NCBI GenBank assembly: GCA_030248215.1
Contig: JASANG010003930.1
Span: forward strand, 550,867-570,866
DNA length: 20,000 nucleotides
Reading direction: 5' to 3'
Origin: Enoplolaimus lenunculus
Taxonomy: Eukaryota
In this document: positions 1-10,696 of the stretch, piece after piece
Position numbering within the stretch: position 1 is the first letter of the stretch
How the letters are laid out: every line of letters starts with the position of its first letter
Translations under genes and position numbers: made by a program
Notes under the pieces: model-generated
The model's database searches: none
Told to the model about the DNA's origin: nothing
Seen by the model: the letters and a program-made list of their open reading frames with translations, nothing else

Positions 1-64
1 ATCTTTGCTTACTTCGATTCTTGCAAAATTTTCTGTCTTGCTTAAAAACCATTTTGGATCTTAG

Positions 65-401
65 ACAACCGACGACCAACGGCGAGTTTTGTTACGAAGA
101 GATGTGAGCACATCTGAATATGCAACCGGGACACAAAACTATGGTGTTGCCGGTATGAGCGCTGTACCCACGTCAAGCAGTGCCCCAGCGCGTTTGGACT
201 CAAATCATAGTGACCGCGATGCAGCAATTAGCTCCGCAGTCTCATCTGATCAGATTCCGAATGCACAGCGTCCGCAATTCGGGCTTCTTGGTGCGTCGTC
301 AGACGAAATGGCAGCTGCTGCACCGTTTTTGGATGAGTCAACTGAACGACAACGCGGTAGTTCAGCGGACGCAGTCGGACGTCTGTCGGCAAGTTTCCCT
401 A
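65..401 (+). CDS. Probable internal coding exon of an unidentified host gene (Ser/Ala-rich, likely disordered region)
   Basis: Acceptor TCTTAG ends at 64 and donor GTAAGT starts at 402. The frame is open (TTDDQRRVLLRRDVSTSEY...GRLSASFP) and GC-richer than the flanks. The track ORF 89..571 runs on into a MITE starting at 426, which supports the donor at 402. Starts phase 0, ends phase 1. Confidence 0.6.
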
Positions 402-425
402 GTAAGTCCGGAACAATCACGAATC

Positions 426-765
426 CACGGTGCGACCGGATGTTAATTTTACCTATGCCGTTATCTGACGTTGATAGTGAACTTTTGCCACAACCAAAGA
501 TTTACCCTTATTGCATCAAAATTGTGCACTGTTTGAAGTATTTGAGCCGCACTAAAGTACATTTTTACTAAATTATAATATGCTAGCAAGGATTTTGTAT
601 TGAAAACTTCAACTTCTTGACTTGCTCAGAAGTGTAATTAAAGTAAAATGTGAAATATGCTCACTGGTAGAAAGCAGCTTCTTGAAATTCGGGACCACCA
701 CCGTAAATACCCGATATCTGGTAGGTTTATACTGAAAGCAGATTTGGATATCCGGTCGCGCCCTG
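426..765. mobile_element. Degenerate hAT-like MITE (~340 bp), CAGGG-type termini
   Basis: Left end CACGGTGCGACCGGATGT vs reverse complement of right end CAGGGCGCGACCGGATAT (15/18). 8-bp flanks CACGAATC / CTTGAATG (5/8, possible decayed TSD). The right portion recurs at ~9775-9885. Confidence 0.6.
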
Positions 766-789
766 CTTGAATGCGATTAATATTGTAAT

Positions 790-985
790 TAGTGATTTGC
801 GGATACCAAAATTTCTGCCTATGCATATATCGATGTCGATTGTTATTTTCAAATTTTGGCGCTACCGATGCCGATATCGAATTCTATTTTACATTATTAT
901 AGATGCGAAGACTTAAACCTTAACCACCATAAACGATTATAATTTTATGAATTCATTTCAGTTGTTTTAAACACATGCGCAAGAG
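790..985 (+). mobile_element. Truncated copy of the TAGGGATGTGCCGAT-ended hAT-like family
   Basis: Degenerate terminus TAGTGATTTGCGGATACCAAAATTT with CCGAT subterminal repeats. Colinear similarity with 4205-4440 (ACTTAAACCT..AACCA..CAT, TTCATTTCA, AAACACA..GCAAGAG). Confidence 0.55.
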
Positions 986-1317
986 TCATATCTGGCTTTT
1001 TTGCGGAAAATGTAGGTTTGCCTAGATTGATATAGTGACAAGACTTGGGTAAACAACTTGTGTGTTACTTTTGTGTCAGAACCCTACTTCAAGCTCAACT
1101 AGAGCAAGAAGACATTGTTGAACTGAAATCTATAACGAAAATTATATATTTGCTTGCTGTTGTAGTGGTTCTGAATTCCAACAACTGCGAAAGGATTCGT
1201 TTTAACTTCAAAACCTCGACAGTGAAACAGAGGTTCTATACAACCGTTTCTATGCAAAATTTTTCTCATTAAACAGCTCATTTCATTTTTGTATAATGTC
1301 TTCTAAATGTATTGCAG

Positions 1318-1384
1318 GCTTTCATCGTGTTTCGTTGTTGGATGACTCTGATATTGGTCACGATTCTCGAATCGAACGTCCTCG
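1318..1384 (+). CDS. Candidate 67-nt coding exon of the same gene (FHRVSLLDDSDIGHDSRIERP)
   Basis: Acceptor ATTGCAG ends at 1317 and donor GTAGGA starts at 1385. Open in phase 1->2, compatible with exons 65-401 and 4936-4979. Confidence 0.4.
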
Positions 1385-1939
1385 GTAGGAATGCTCTCCT
1401 TTATATCGTAATATTAAACTTTTCAAACTACGCGATGATGCTGTGCGTCTCAATATTGGCGCCGATTTTGCGCTAAACATTGTTTTGTTGTGATGTTATG
1501 ATTTTGAAATATACACTTTGTATTATTAAGTCTACATTTTGGCGGGTTACCTTTCAGAGAGAGATATTATGTCTTAAGTTTGATTTTGACATAAGTCGAC
1601 ACTTTAGTTTTGTAGCCGTACCCGTAACATAAGGCAAAGGTTTTAAATAAGGATTTCTGCCGGTGTAACATTTAATTTTAACTTCCCAGGAAAATTAACT
1701 ATCCAATCATCATTATATAACCAGTCATAGTGGGACTACATTTATTGAGCGAAGCTCGAACACACGTAAGCAATTAAGGTATTATGTAAATTAGTTATTA
1801 GCCAGCTAGTCATATTTTATCGGTTTTATAGGTTTGGAAACAATTTATTCAGATTTCCACGAAAAACCCTTCAGTCACCCCAATAGGTCTTGAAATAATT
1901 TAAAAAGTCCTAATTTTGTCTTGTCAATTAAGCTAATAT

Positions 1940-2994
1940 TAGAGTTGCATCCGGGTCCGGGTTTTCGCTTCAATAAATTCCTAGTCCGGGTTTCATAACA
2001 AATTATTCCGGGTCCGGGTATTGCAAAATTACCCGGACAAAATAACCGGAACAAAATTAGCTTAGAGATTTTATTAACATCCCACGCCTACATTCTGAAT
2101 AGTAACTGTATCGTACCAAAAATAGATTTTGCACAACCAACACTAACTGTGAAACACTTACTCATACATTAGAAACAAAACACACCCAACATGTCTCTTA
2201 ACACAACTATTGCATGTCGTATGTAAAAGCAAGCTGCAGAATGAAAAAGGTGGTCAACAGGCTTCACCTTTGTTGAGTAAGTTAACGTAAGCAGATATGC
2301 TTGGGTTACGATTACGAATGCTCAATTAGGAACGGTTGGAATGGTCGGGATACGGAGACATGACGTCTCAGTTTAAGTTAGTAATTTGACATTTAACTTA
2401 AGTTTAGTATCTATCGCCTAAATCAAAGATTGCTCGTTTAACGATTGCTTCAACGTCCAGGAACCTGTGAAGAATGCTATATTAGGCTCTAGCTATAGCT
2501 TCGCGAAACACATATAAGTCAACTGACTTAGGTCAGGTTTCTATCACTCACCCAAAATTGTTTAATGTAATCTCGTAGCTAGATTGTGTATTAAACTTGG
2601 AATAGGTATCGGCATCGGTATACCTTCAAAATAATCGATATCGGCGCCGGTAAAAAACTTTGGTATCGGCACATCCCTAGCAAGGATAGTGCATTGTTTT
2701 ATGATTTACTTGAAATAAATTTTTGTGAATGACATTAGTCACTTCGCATTGCAATACTGTCCATTAGCATTTTAAATACTGAGCTGTTAGAGATAGATGA
2801 AGCCAGAAATTCTTTCCTATCTTTAAAAAATTAGGATCATATTTAGTTTTTAAGTAATAAAAATTCCGGGCCCGGTTTGTTCGGAAAATAAATCCGGGTC
2901 CGAGTCCGGGTTTGCATTCTTATAAATTCCGGGTCCGGGTTTTCTTTCAGAAAAATCCGGGTCCGGGTATTTATTTTTAAAAGTTGCAATTCTA
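1940..2994. mobile_element. Non-autonomous hAT element, 1,055 bp, with perfect 8-bp TSD
   Basis: Termini TAGAGTTGCA / TGCAATTCTA (9/10 inverted). TSD GCTAATAT at 1932-1939 and 2995-3002. Clustered subterminal TCCGGGTCCGGG repeats at 1950-2050 and 2865-2968. No ORF. Confidence 0.9.
2604..2679 (-). mobile_element. Terminal fragment of the TAGGGATGTGCCGAT hAT-like family nested in the 1940-2994 element
   Basis: GGTATCGGCACATCCCTA ends at 2679 with ATCGG subterminal repeats. It is the reverse complement of the terminus at 4205. Confidence 0.7.
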
Positions 2995-3302
2995 GCTAAT
3001 ATGCAAATTAGCTATTAGCTAACTATTCGATTATCGGTTTTAAAGGTTTGTAGACAATTTATTCAGATACCTCGTGCCCATAACTCAAAAAAGTTTATCA
3101 AGATTGGTTCAGCCGTTCCTGAGATTCTTTTCGGACGAACAGATGAACGTGCGGTCATCCACCTTTCGACCCCAGAGTACAAAACACAAAACGCTTCGCG
3201 AAACTCCGGGCTTCGCTCGGAGTTTTGCTTAGCTTAATTATATGTAATTTTGGATCCTCCGGTCAATGTTAAATATATATTACCTCCCCTTATTGTAATA
3301 TT

Positions 3303-3640
3303 CAGAGTGCAACCGGAATTCCGATTCCGTTTGGAATTCCGATTTAAAACGGGTTCAGATTCTGATTCCGATTGCGCAATCAATCAGAATCGGAATATCG
3401 AAATTTTAATTTTACTTGTTCTGATACGTTGCATAAAAATTCGGTTTTATTTATCTATTAAATTGCTTCCGATGAGTTAACTTATCAATAATTGATTGTA
3501 GTTTAGCTGTACAGAACCAAAAATCACCGCCAGATTGTTCATGAGCCAATAGACACCCTAAATCAACATTATAATTTGCCAATACAAATTATCCGTAGTC
3601 ACAAAATTTCTAGTTCCGATTCCGATTACAGTTCCGCTGC
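3303..3640. mobile_element. Degenerate hAT-like MITE related to the 8845-9244 family
   Basis: Left end CAGAGTGCAACCGGAATTCCGATTCC resembles CAGGGTGCAGCCGGAATT. TTCCGA repeats at 3319-3395 and 3614-3636. The right TIR is decayed. Confidence 0.45.
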
Positions 3641-4204
3641 GGCAGGCGCAATTTTCATTTCTCCGATGAATCACAGACTAAGCTGTTAGTCTATACATGG
3701 AAAATTTGGATATTTGCAGGGGAAACGGAAAATTTTCGCGTATGCTGTGGAATTTTCGTGACAAGAGGGTAATCCTGTGGCCAGTTTAATTTCGGCACAT
3801 CGTAAATGAGCGATTACCTATTAAAATACCAGAGGACGATCGACATGTCCCATTTGCTAAGACAAACGTGAAGAAACCTTGCCGCGCGAAAAGAATAGAA
3901 ACGTTTTTTATTAATAATTTTAATTCATATCGAAAATGCATAATTGAGGTACTTCAAAGCGGATGTTTAGTGTTCTAAAACAAACGAGTGACTTTGGTAA
4001 AACAGAAGTTCGGCTGATATATAGTTTAATAGAATTGAAGTATATCCTGAAACGCCGAAAAATAGAATGAATGTAGTATCGAAACAATGGAGTATTATTA
4101 ATAAAGGAAACTTTTTCGAAAGGTTTTAATTATCACAAGGTAAATTAATATTTTTCTAAATACATATCCTAGAGATACACGAAATTCATCACAGTTAATT
4201 ACAC

Positions 4205-4440
4205 TAGGGATGTGCCGATACGAAAATTTTTGTCGATCTGGTACCGATGGCGATTCTTATTTCGAAATTTTGCGGATGCCGAACCGATGCCGATTCCAAC
4301 TTTAGTGCACCATGCTCAATGAACAGATAGGATACTACATTACATCTTTATATGAATACTTAAACCTAACCATCATATTCGATTAGAATTTTATAAGAGC
4401 GGTTCATTTCAATTATTTTTTCAAACACAAATGCAAGAGA
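4205..4440 (+). mobile_element. Left part of a TAGGGATGTGCCGAT hAT-like element
   Basis: Intact terminus TAGGGATGTGCCGATAC at 4205 with CCGAT repeats. Similar to 790-985 and to 9592 onward. Confidence 0.65.
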
Positions 4441-4607
4441 AAACTGTTTTCATGACGAGACACGCACAAGATTGAAGTTATTTGATTTTGAAAATAAATT
4501 AGAAAAAATTTGTCGTTTAAGGATATATACTGCATGTGTTAAGCTTAATGAATATACATGTATCTACTACAACGTTAAAACGTTGCTATTCGGTGAAGTA
4601 GATCGCT

Positions 4608-4727
4608 ACTGGGGAGCCAATATTACCTGGAGGGAGTTAATATTGTATATTATATAATGTTAACTGGGGGAGTCAAAATTATATATAATATTGACTGGGG
4701 GAGTTATTTTTTGGGGAGTTACGCCGC
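4608..4727 (+). repeat. Short tandem array of ACTGGGG(G)AGT(C/T)AA(A/T)ATT units, probable arm of a foldback-type element
   Basis: Four to five units: ACTGGGGAGCCAATATT, CCTGGAGGGAGTTAATATT, ACTGGGGGAGTCAAAATT, ACTGGGGGAGTTATT, TGGGGAGTTAC. Confidence 0.65.
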
Positions 4728-4935
4728 ACAGGCCATATTAATAAATGTAATCAGAAACTGGTTAAAATTTGCGCTTCTAGTCCTAATTAGGCAGTTGGAT
4801 AAATAACTCTACAAAAACTTTCGACCTTTAAACTTGTGTTGGTTTTCTGACACGTCAAAAATGAGTTAGGCTATGTCTCTGCAACCCAGTCATTATTTAC
4901 TTGCCTTTGTGGCTTCATTTAAAATTCATTTTCAG

Positions 4936-4979
4936 TCAAATACTTCATCCAGTGGAAGAAAACATGGAGTTAGCCATAG
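4936..4979 (+). CDS. Candidate 44-nt coding exon of the same gene (QILHPVEENMELAI)
   Basis: Acceptor TTTTCAG ends at 4935 and donor AG|GTAAAA starts at 4980. Open in phase 2->1, compatible with exon 5277-5589. Confidence 0.4.
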
Positions 4980-5276
4980 GTAAAACAATTGTTTTGGCGC
5001 GTGTCGTCCAGTACTTCATCAGTTTAACATTAATGGTGCCTGGCCGCGTTCTTTTAGTTTCGGTCGTGTTGCGTAAATTTACTTAGACAGTCTGCAACTA
5101 TACATTCTAGTTGTAAGAGCGAGCCAGTCAGCTGTTGGCTAATGTAATGGTTTACTGTATTTGCAGCGCATTTTTGTTTATATGGACTGTTCCCCAGAGT
5201 TTGTAGTTACTTGAAATTGAAATTAGTAAGCGTGGCTTCTGATATGAACTGTTTATGAAATTAAATTCTGTAACAG

Positions 5277-5589
5277 ATCAAGGGTCTCTTCCTGTTGACA
5301 AAGATAGCGTTCCAATACGTATCAGTGATCTTGGATATGATGCAAATCATCGGGCGCCTCCAGATTACTCAACTAGCATAATGGTGAAGCCTGAAATCCG
5401 TCCAGTGCCAACTAGCGTAAGTGTTTCTGGTGGTGATGTGGATCGGTCACTCACAACGCGTCGTAAGCATGGTCGACGTTGGCGGGAACAACATCCGCAG
5501 TGTTTTTATTCATCTTCGTCTGAACATTCAAGCGTTGAGCGTGCTACCCGTGCATGGACCTGTCATTACAAGATGGAACAATTCAAGAT
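5277..5589 (+). CDS. Probable penultimate coding exon (QGSLPVDKD...RATRAWTCHYKMEQFK)
   Basis: Acceptor TAACAG ends at 5276 and donor GTAAGT starts at 5590. Lies inside track ORF 5255..5593. Phase 1->2. Confidence 0.7.
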
Positions 5590-5641
5590 GTAAGTTTATA
5601 TATTTACGGTTGAATGTTCAAGAAACTGAGGTCTTTTTCAG

Positions 5642-5723
5642 CTGGTGCCGGAGGCGGACCCTTCGGCTGTACACTAACTTTGTGAATAATGTAGATAGCA
5701 TAAAACGCATAAATATATTCTAA
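5642..5723 (+). CDS. Probable terminal coding exon (IWCRRRTLRLYTNFVNNVDSIKRINIF*)
   Basis: A 52-nt intron 5590-5641 (GTAAGT...TTTTTCAG) joins ORF 5255..5593 in frame to the end of ORF 5421..5723, giving MEQFK-I-WCRRRTLRLY. Stop TAA at 5721-5723. Confidence 0.7.
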
Positions 5724-6403
5724 TCTTTTATATCGCAATCGCTTTTTGAGCTACGTACTAGTTGTTTCCCGCGCGTTTTAGTAGTTTTATTACATACATG
5801 ATACTATGTACGTATCAGCTTAAACATTGATGTATTATGTGTATAAGCAATTTTTTGCTCTGAATTCTTTAATTGCTGGGTTATCAGTGCTGTATCTTCA
5901 GTCTGCTCACATGCACCATAGAACAGAATCAATCAGTTGCGGAACCTATATCATCGTGTGAATTTCATGATCTTTGTCCGCCAGGTCCCAGTGGTGTTAC
6001 TCGAGTGCAAGCAGCAAAATCATTGAACATGTTGTTATGTATGTTTGAGTAAAAATACTGCCAGGGACAGGTTTAAGTATACATGCAGTTAACGCGTCAT
6101 TGTTTACTGAGTTCATTAAGCAATCACGCAGCAACAGCAGCTACGGTTATGATTGCAGTAATGATGGAATAGATGCGGCGGTACTTGCTTTTGCTACCCT
6201 CAAATGAAAAATTCAGTTCGCGCTTAATTTTGTTCAGGACTGTAAATTACATAAATTGTTTTTAGGCACAACAACTTAACGATGTTCGTACACTTTCACT
6301 GTATTATGACATTTTTGGTTTAGCTTGTTATGTACAGTTTGAGCTTAATACATTGAACTGTATAGTATTTGATTGTGGTAGTGCACGTTTTAACATCACG
6401 TGG

Positions 6404-6482
6404 AATAACTAATTTGAATATTAGCTTAATTGCTTAAGTAAGTTCGAGCTACACACAGTCCGTGTAGTCCCACTACGACTAA
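6404..6482 (-). mobile_element. Inverted partial copy of the left end of the Helentron-like element at 1719
   Basis: Reverse complement TTAGTCGTAGTGGGACTACA...AGCTCGAAC...TAAGCAATTAAGCTAATATTCAAATTAGTTATT aligns with 1721-1799. Confidence 0.7.
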
Positions 6483-6723
6483 TATATGTGTTGTATTTCT
6501 ACAATATGATATTTTTAGTACTTGCTCGTGATCAAGCAATAAAGCTGTCTCAAGAAGTAACATTTGGCCCGATTATTATCTCGATGGTTTTGAGTGAATA
6601 ATGCGGAGCCGACTAAAATGCTATTTACCTAAAAAATACGAGGTACAAACTATTGCTTAATGTCATATGAAATGCTAGTGCAATAAGCAGTCTCGGTATT
6701 GAAATGTGTGCATGATATATTTT

Positions 6724-7136
6724 CAGGGTCCCCGCGCGTTTAAGGAAAACATCGAATGTGAAGTACTTTGTTAGGGAAATCATGGAAAACAGGAAAAAGT
6801 TGAGGTTTTCGAGAAACGTCAGGAAACAAAATTTAGTTGTAGCGTATGGTGCGTGATTTATACCAGAGACAGAACCTGAACCACCGAGAATGCAATTATA
6901 GTCTTCCAAATGGAGAGCTTCGCCGATATAACATTTTATAAGTGTAATGTTGAGAGGCTTTGAAGCTTTGGTCTCGTGGATCCGTCTAAGTTTTTTGTTA
7001 AAACCAAACTTTTCGCTTTCTGAAATCGGCATAGCTTTAATAAACCAGTTCGAGGTAAAAATATCTGCTGCAGTTAGTGCCAGAGAAAATTTTTACGTTA
7101 TATGGAAATTTTTTTTAAATGCGCGGGGAGACCCAG
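6724..7136. mobile_element. MITE (~413 bp) with ~25-bp imperfect TIRs, CAGGG-type terminus
   Basis: Left CAGGGTCCCCGCGCGTTTAAGGAAAA vs reverse complement of right CTGGGTCTCCCCGCGCATTTAAAAAAAA. Flanks TATTTT / CATTTT. Confidence 0.7.
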
Positions 7137-8151
7137 CATTTTGATTAAAAAGCCGTTTTTATTATTACTCTGAAGTTTGCAATATGAATATTTCCTGTTT
7201 GTTTTACCAATCATCTTTTTTTTCTTCTGTGCGTTTTGTTGGCTGTTGGAGTCCTGCGCAGCGGTACACTCTAAATTATTTTTTAAGAAAAGTTTCAGAA
7301 TAAAGTTAAAAATATGTTCCCACTGTGCTCTAATGCTACGCTGATGTGCATATTTTACTATAAAAATTTGGTTACAATGTTGGTGCTGGGAGACCGCACT
7401 TAATATTTCAAGGTATATTAATAATAAGCTTCGTAAACTTGCGTAAAACTTTTCGTGTTCGTAATTTGAAATTGCATAAAATTTCAAATATTACATGAAA
7501 TTTTATTGCTCACAGTACGTTTATTTATAAAAAGAAACGATTTTTTGACTTTGCGCTGAACTGGATTTAAAATTATGCGCGATGTTCTAAAAAACATGCG
7601 AAATGTTCTAAAGACATGGTGTATTTGCAATGGTCCGCTGTTAAAATAATTATATTTCTAGCTTATAAATAAACAAATAAAAGAAATGCACAGGTTAATG
7701 TATTTTCTGTAATGAATTGTTTACGTTGTTGTGGTTGATTTTGCTTACTTGGCGCTAATCTTGTTATGTCAATTAATACTCAGTAATATTAAAATATACC
7801 CCGTCGATCGACAAGCGGGCAAAATGCAAAAACTTCAACTTAAGGGTTACACCAAGAACTGTAATCGATGTGTTTCCGTACAGAACGTAGTGAATCCTGC
7901 AATCAAATTACATTTTACCGGCTTGAATGAAATTATATACACGCTGAACGACGCTAAATTTTCTCTGCTTCAGTTTTCCTTGAAAGTGTTGCGCGCGTAA
8001 ACCAGGTTATATATACATTTTTGTAATTGCACGGTTGCTATAGCATTACTATTTTAACCAAAACGAAGCAGTTTCCCCCAAAATTACTTCTGGGCTCTCC
8101 GTGGTCTGGTCCCTAATGCCCAGCCACGTCCCCCCTGTTAATCTGCGTTTT

Positions 8152-8499
8152 TCAGTGTCAGGGAATTACAATTTATCGCAACGGGAAATTGAAAAAATTG
8201 TGTATCGGAAACGGAAAATGACAAATATATGCCACCGAAAAGTTCATTTTAATTTTCTTTTTTGCAATATGGGGAAATAACCCTAGTTGGAGATAGGTAT
8301 TCGCTTTATCTGCTGTATTTTAGAGTTTTATAATCCACACAAGCGAAATATACCTTCGATGGTTCATTTTCGGCAATTGTCAAGTTTTACATATTATACA
8401 AATAGAATATATCGGCAGTTTTTTTCAGGGCCGATATCGATACGCTCGAAAATTTCCGATTATTACTGATGCCGATGCCGATTAATCGGCACATCCCTA
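8152..8499. mobile_element. Composite of an inverted partial copy of the 8845-9244 MITE (8152-8400) and a TAGGG-family right end (8405-8499)
   Basis: 8162-8400 is reverse-complementary to ~9030-9232 (e.g. TACCTTCGATGGTTCATTTTCGGC vs GCCGAAAATGAACCATCGAAGGTA). It ends GCCGATGCCGATTAATCGGCACATCCCTA at 8499. Confidence 0.7.
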
Positions 8500-8844
8500 T
8501 AATGTACAACCTTACAATTTTTATAACGAGTTGAAAACGTGTATAATTTATAAAAATGCGATTAGGTTGACTTGTGGGATCGCCCCGTCCACAGCATTCA
8601 GTTACCTTAGATTTTCTACTAGGTACACCCTGGAAAAAGTCTCCCACAAAAATGGGATCAGGGACTGGCAAGATTGAGTGTTGTAAGGTATGATTACTTG
8701 TTTTATTGTTTTTCGAATTGTATCCGGTTCTCTTTTAGTCAGTGTTTGTTTAAAATTATGCATTTTATGCGTTCCAGTGAATAATGAGCTTTAATTCGAT
8801 GTATTTAATTTTTTCGCAAAATAACATAGTCAACCAGCCAGCAG

Positions 8845-9244
8845 CATGGTGCAGCAGGAATTCCGGTTCCGGTATTTTTTCACTTTCCGGGTCTGGTAAC
8901 CTTTTACCGGAATTATAAATTCCGGTAGTATTAAATTTTGGTCGGTTTTTAAAATTTGCGAATCTTTAAGAAATCTTTTTAAAGCCACTTGTTCAATTAG
9001 TGATGACAAAAATGAAATAGATTTGATTAGTATACATAATATATATAAAGCTTGACAATCGCCGAAAATGAACCATCGAAGGTAGATTTCGCTTCAGTGT
9101 ATAAGGAATGTCTAAAATACAGCTGATTAAGTCCATACCTATCTTCAACTAAGGTTATTTTACCAATAATGTAGCAAAAAAAGAGAAAGTGGCATGCATT
9201 CTTCACTTTCCGGTAAGGTAAATTGTAATTCCGGCTGCACCCTG
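8845..9244. mobile_element. hAT-like MITE, 400 bp, with target duplication
   Basis: TIR CATGGTGCAGCAGGAATT vs reverse complement CAGGGTGCAGCCGGAATT (16/18). CCAGCAG is duplicated at 8838-8844 and 9245-9251. TTCCGG subterminal repeats. Confidence 0.85.
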
Positions 9245-9591
9245 CCAGCAGAATACCAAATTTAATAGTGTAACGCGAAACTGATCAACGTCTAACAGTA
9301 TGAAACTTATTTTGTTTGGGGTATGCTTTGCAGGCTCATATTTTGTTTACGTGGAAAACTAGGTATTACAGACTGACAAACTATGCTATGTTATGAAGCA
9401 TGTCTATTGTATATATTGCTTTTCCTTCTGTGTTCGATATTAGTAGACGAGACGCTAGAAATTTGCACACCAATTAGATTATATCTATAAGCTAATATTT
9501 CAATAATTCATTTCAAAATCATAACGTTTTGCTATTGGAAATAAGGCTATTGACGTTAAAATACGTCCTGGGCTGAGGTACAGAATTGTAC

Positions 9592-9950
9592 TAGGGATGT
9601 GCGATGCCATAATTTTTTCGATGCTGATTATTGTTTTGAAAATATGTTGAATATTGAGTCGCACAAAAGTGTATGTCTACTGAATTCAGATTAATTGTTT
9701 GCTTGGGTTTTTAGCATAGAAACGTAATCGCAGTAAGATGTTAAATTTGTCCGCCTGTCGAAAGCAGTTTGACGGCATTCGGAACCACAAACGTAAAAAC
9801 CCGGTATCCGGCAGGTTTGTATTGGATACGGATATCGATTTTTGCCGGATATTAAACCGGAACCGAATGTCCTGTCGCGCTGTGGTGCCGATGCCGATAC
9901 TCGCGCAATGTGCCGGTTATTACCGATGGCAATTAATCGGCACGTCTTTA
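9592..9950. mobile_element. Degenerate two-ended TAGGG-family hAT-like MITE containing a fragment of the 426-765 family
   Basis: Left TAGGGATGTGCGAT. Right ATTAATCGGCACGTCTTTA is a decayed form of the 8499 end. 9775-9885 matches ~685-765. Confidence 0.55.
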
Positions 9951-9956
9951 ATATTG

Positions 9957-10696
9957 ACCCTCCATGAATTTAATGAAAAGTGGCTCGTTTTACAGATCTC
10001 GACGCACTGAATTCAATGATGCCGCTTTTGAGGCTGCATGGCTGCTGGTTCAAAAGTTGTGGTCTTTTAAAATTTCACTTTTTACTATATAAAGCGTACA
10101 ACCGCTTACCAAATTTACGTATACAACGAATGGGTGGAGGTACGGAATATGAACCCCCTAGTAATTTAACAAAAATCGTTCATTTTAGAGATTTCGACGC
10201 GCTCAGTTCAACGGTGCCATTTTTAGCGCTATAGCGTCCCCGGTTCAATAGTTATGACCCTTTAAATTTTAACTTTTTACCATATAAAACATGTACAAAC
10301 AGCAATCAAATTTGTGTAAGGAATCAACCTGTTTAAGCTTATAGATAGTTCTTATTCCAATCTGTGCGCGCTTGAACTATAATTTCGAGAGCCATAACTT
10401 CTGAACCATTGGTTATCGTTATGCAGCCATAAAAATGGTACCGTTGAATTCAGCTCGTCGGATCTATAAGATGGATTACTTTTAATCAAAATCCTAGAGA
10501 GGTCCAGATCCCGTACCTCCGCCCAACTAATAAACGTGGTAAAGCTTATACGTATTTTACGAAAATAATGATTAATACCTCATCTTCGAATTTGTGCTTG
10601 TTTGCACTGCGCTTTTGATGGCCATGACTTTTGAACCACTACGCAGTCATGCAGCCATAAAAGTTGTTCATTGAATTCAGTTCGTTGAAATATATA
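9957..10696. repeat. Cluster of four copies of a dispersed module (two on -, then two on +)
   Basis: Core CCATAACTTTTGAACC..ATGCAGCCATAAAA.TGGTACCGTTGAA(C/T)TCAGC(G/T)CGTCGA.ATCTA..TTTTGTTAAATTCCTAGGGGG..CCGTACCTCCGCCCA at ~9957-10065(-), 10131-10260(-), 10392-10525(+) and 10621-10696(+). Confidence 0.85.

Larger units (their letters stand above)
1719..3240. mobile_element. Non-autonomous rolling-circle element, Helentron/DINE-1(HINE)-like, interrupted by a hAT MITE
   Basis: Left: small hairpin TAGT-GGG-ACTA, then ATTGAGCGAAGC (1744-1755), inverted at GCTTAGCTTAAT (3227-3238; 10/12). Right hairpin AAACTCCGGGC-TTC-GCTCGGAGTTT (3201-3225). Internal ~154-bp tandem unit (CAATTAAG at 1771 and 1925, continuing after 3002). 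Motif AAGTTTATCAAGATTGGTTCAGCCGTTCCTGAGAT followed by a degenerate GGAC/AGAC tract. A second copy of the left end lies at 6404-6482. Confidence 0.55.

Noticed and set aside
583..593. CTAGCAAGGAT also found at 2677-2687, a possible TSD
   Set aside because: There is no TIR after 593 and the site lies within another MITE. Likely chance.
1950..2968. Spaced TCCGGGTCCGGG repeats resembling a CRISPR or iteron array
   Set aside because: The context is eukaryotic and the units are short and irregular. They are explained as hAT subterminal repeats.
6625..7487. ORFs of 135 and 129 aa on the minus strand
   Set aside because: They overlap a MITE and AT-rich sequence, have F/L/I/K-biased composition, and show no motifs or supported splice sites.
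4205..8499. Single 4.3-kb hAT element capturing host exons between two TAGGGATGTGCCGAT ends
   Set aside because: The flanks AATTACAC and TAATGTAC are not a TSD. The family has several independent fragments in the window.
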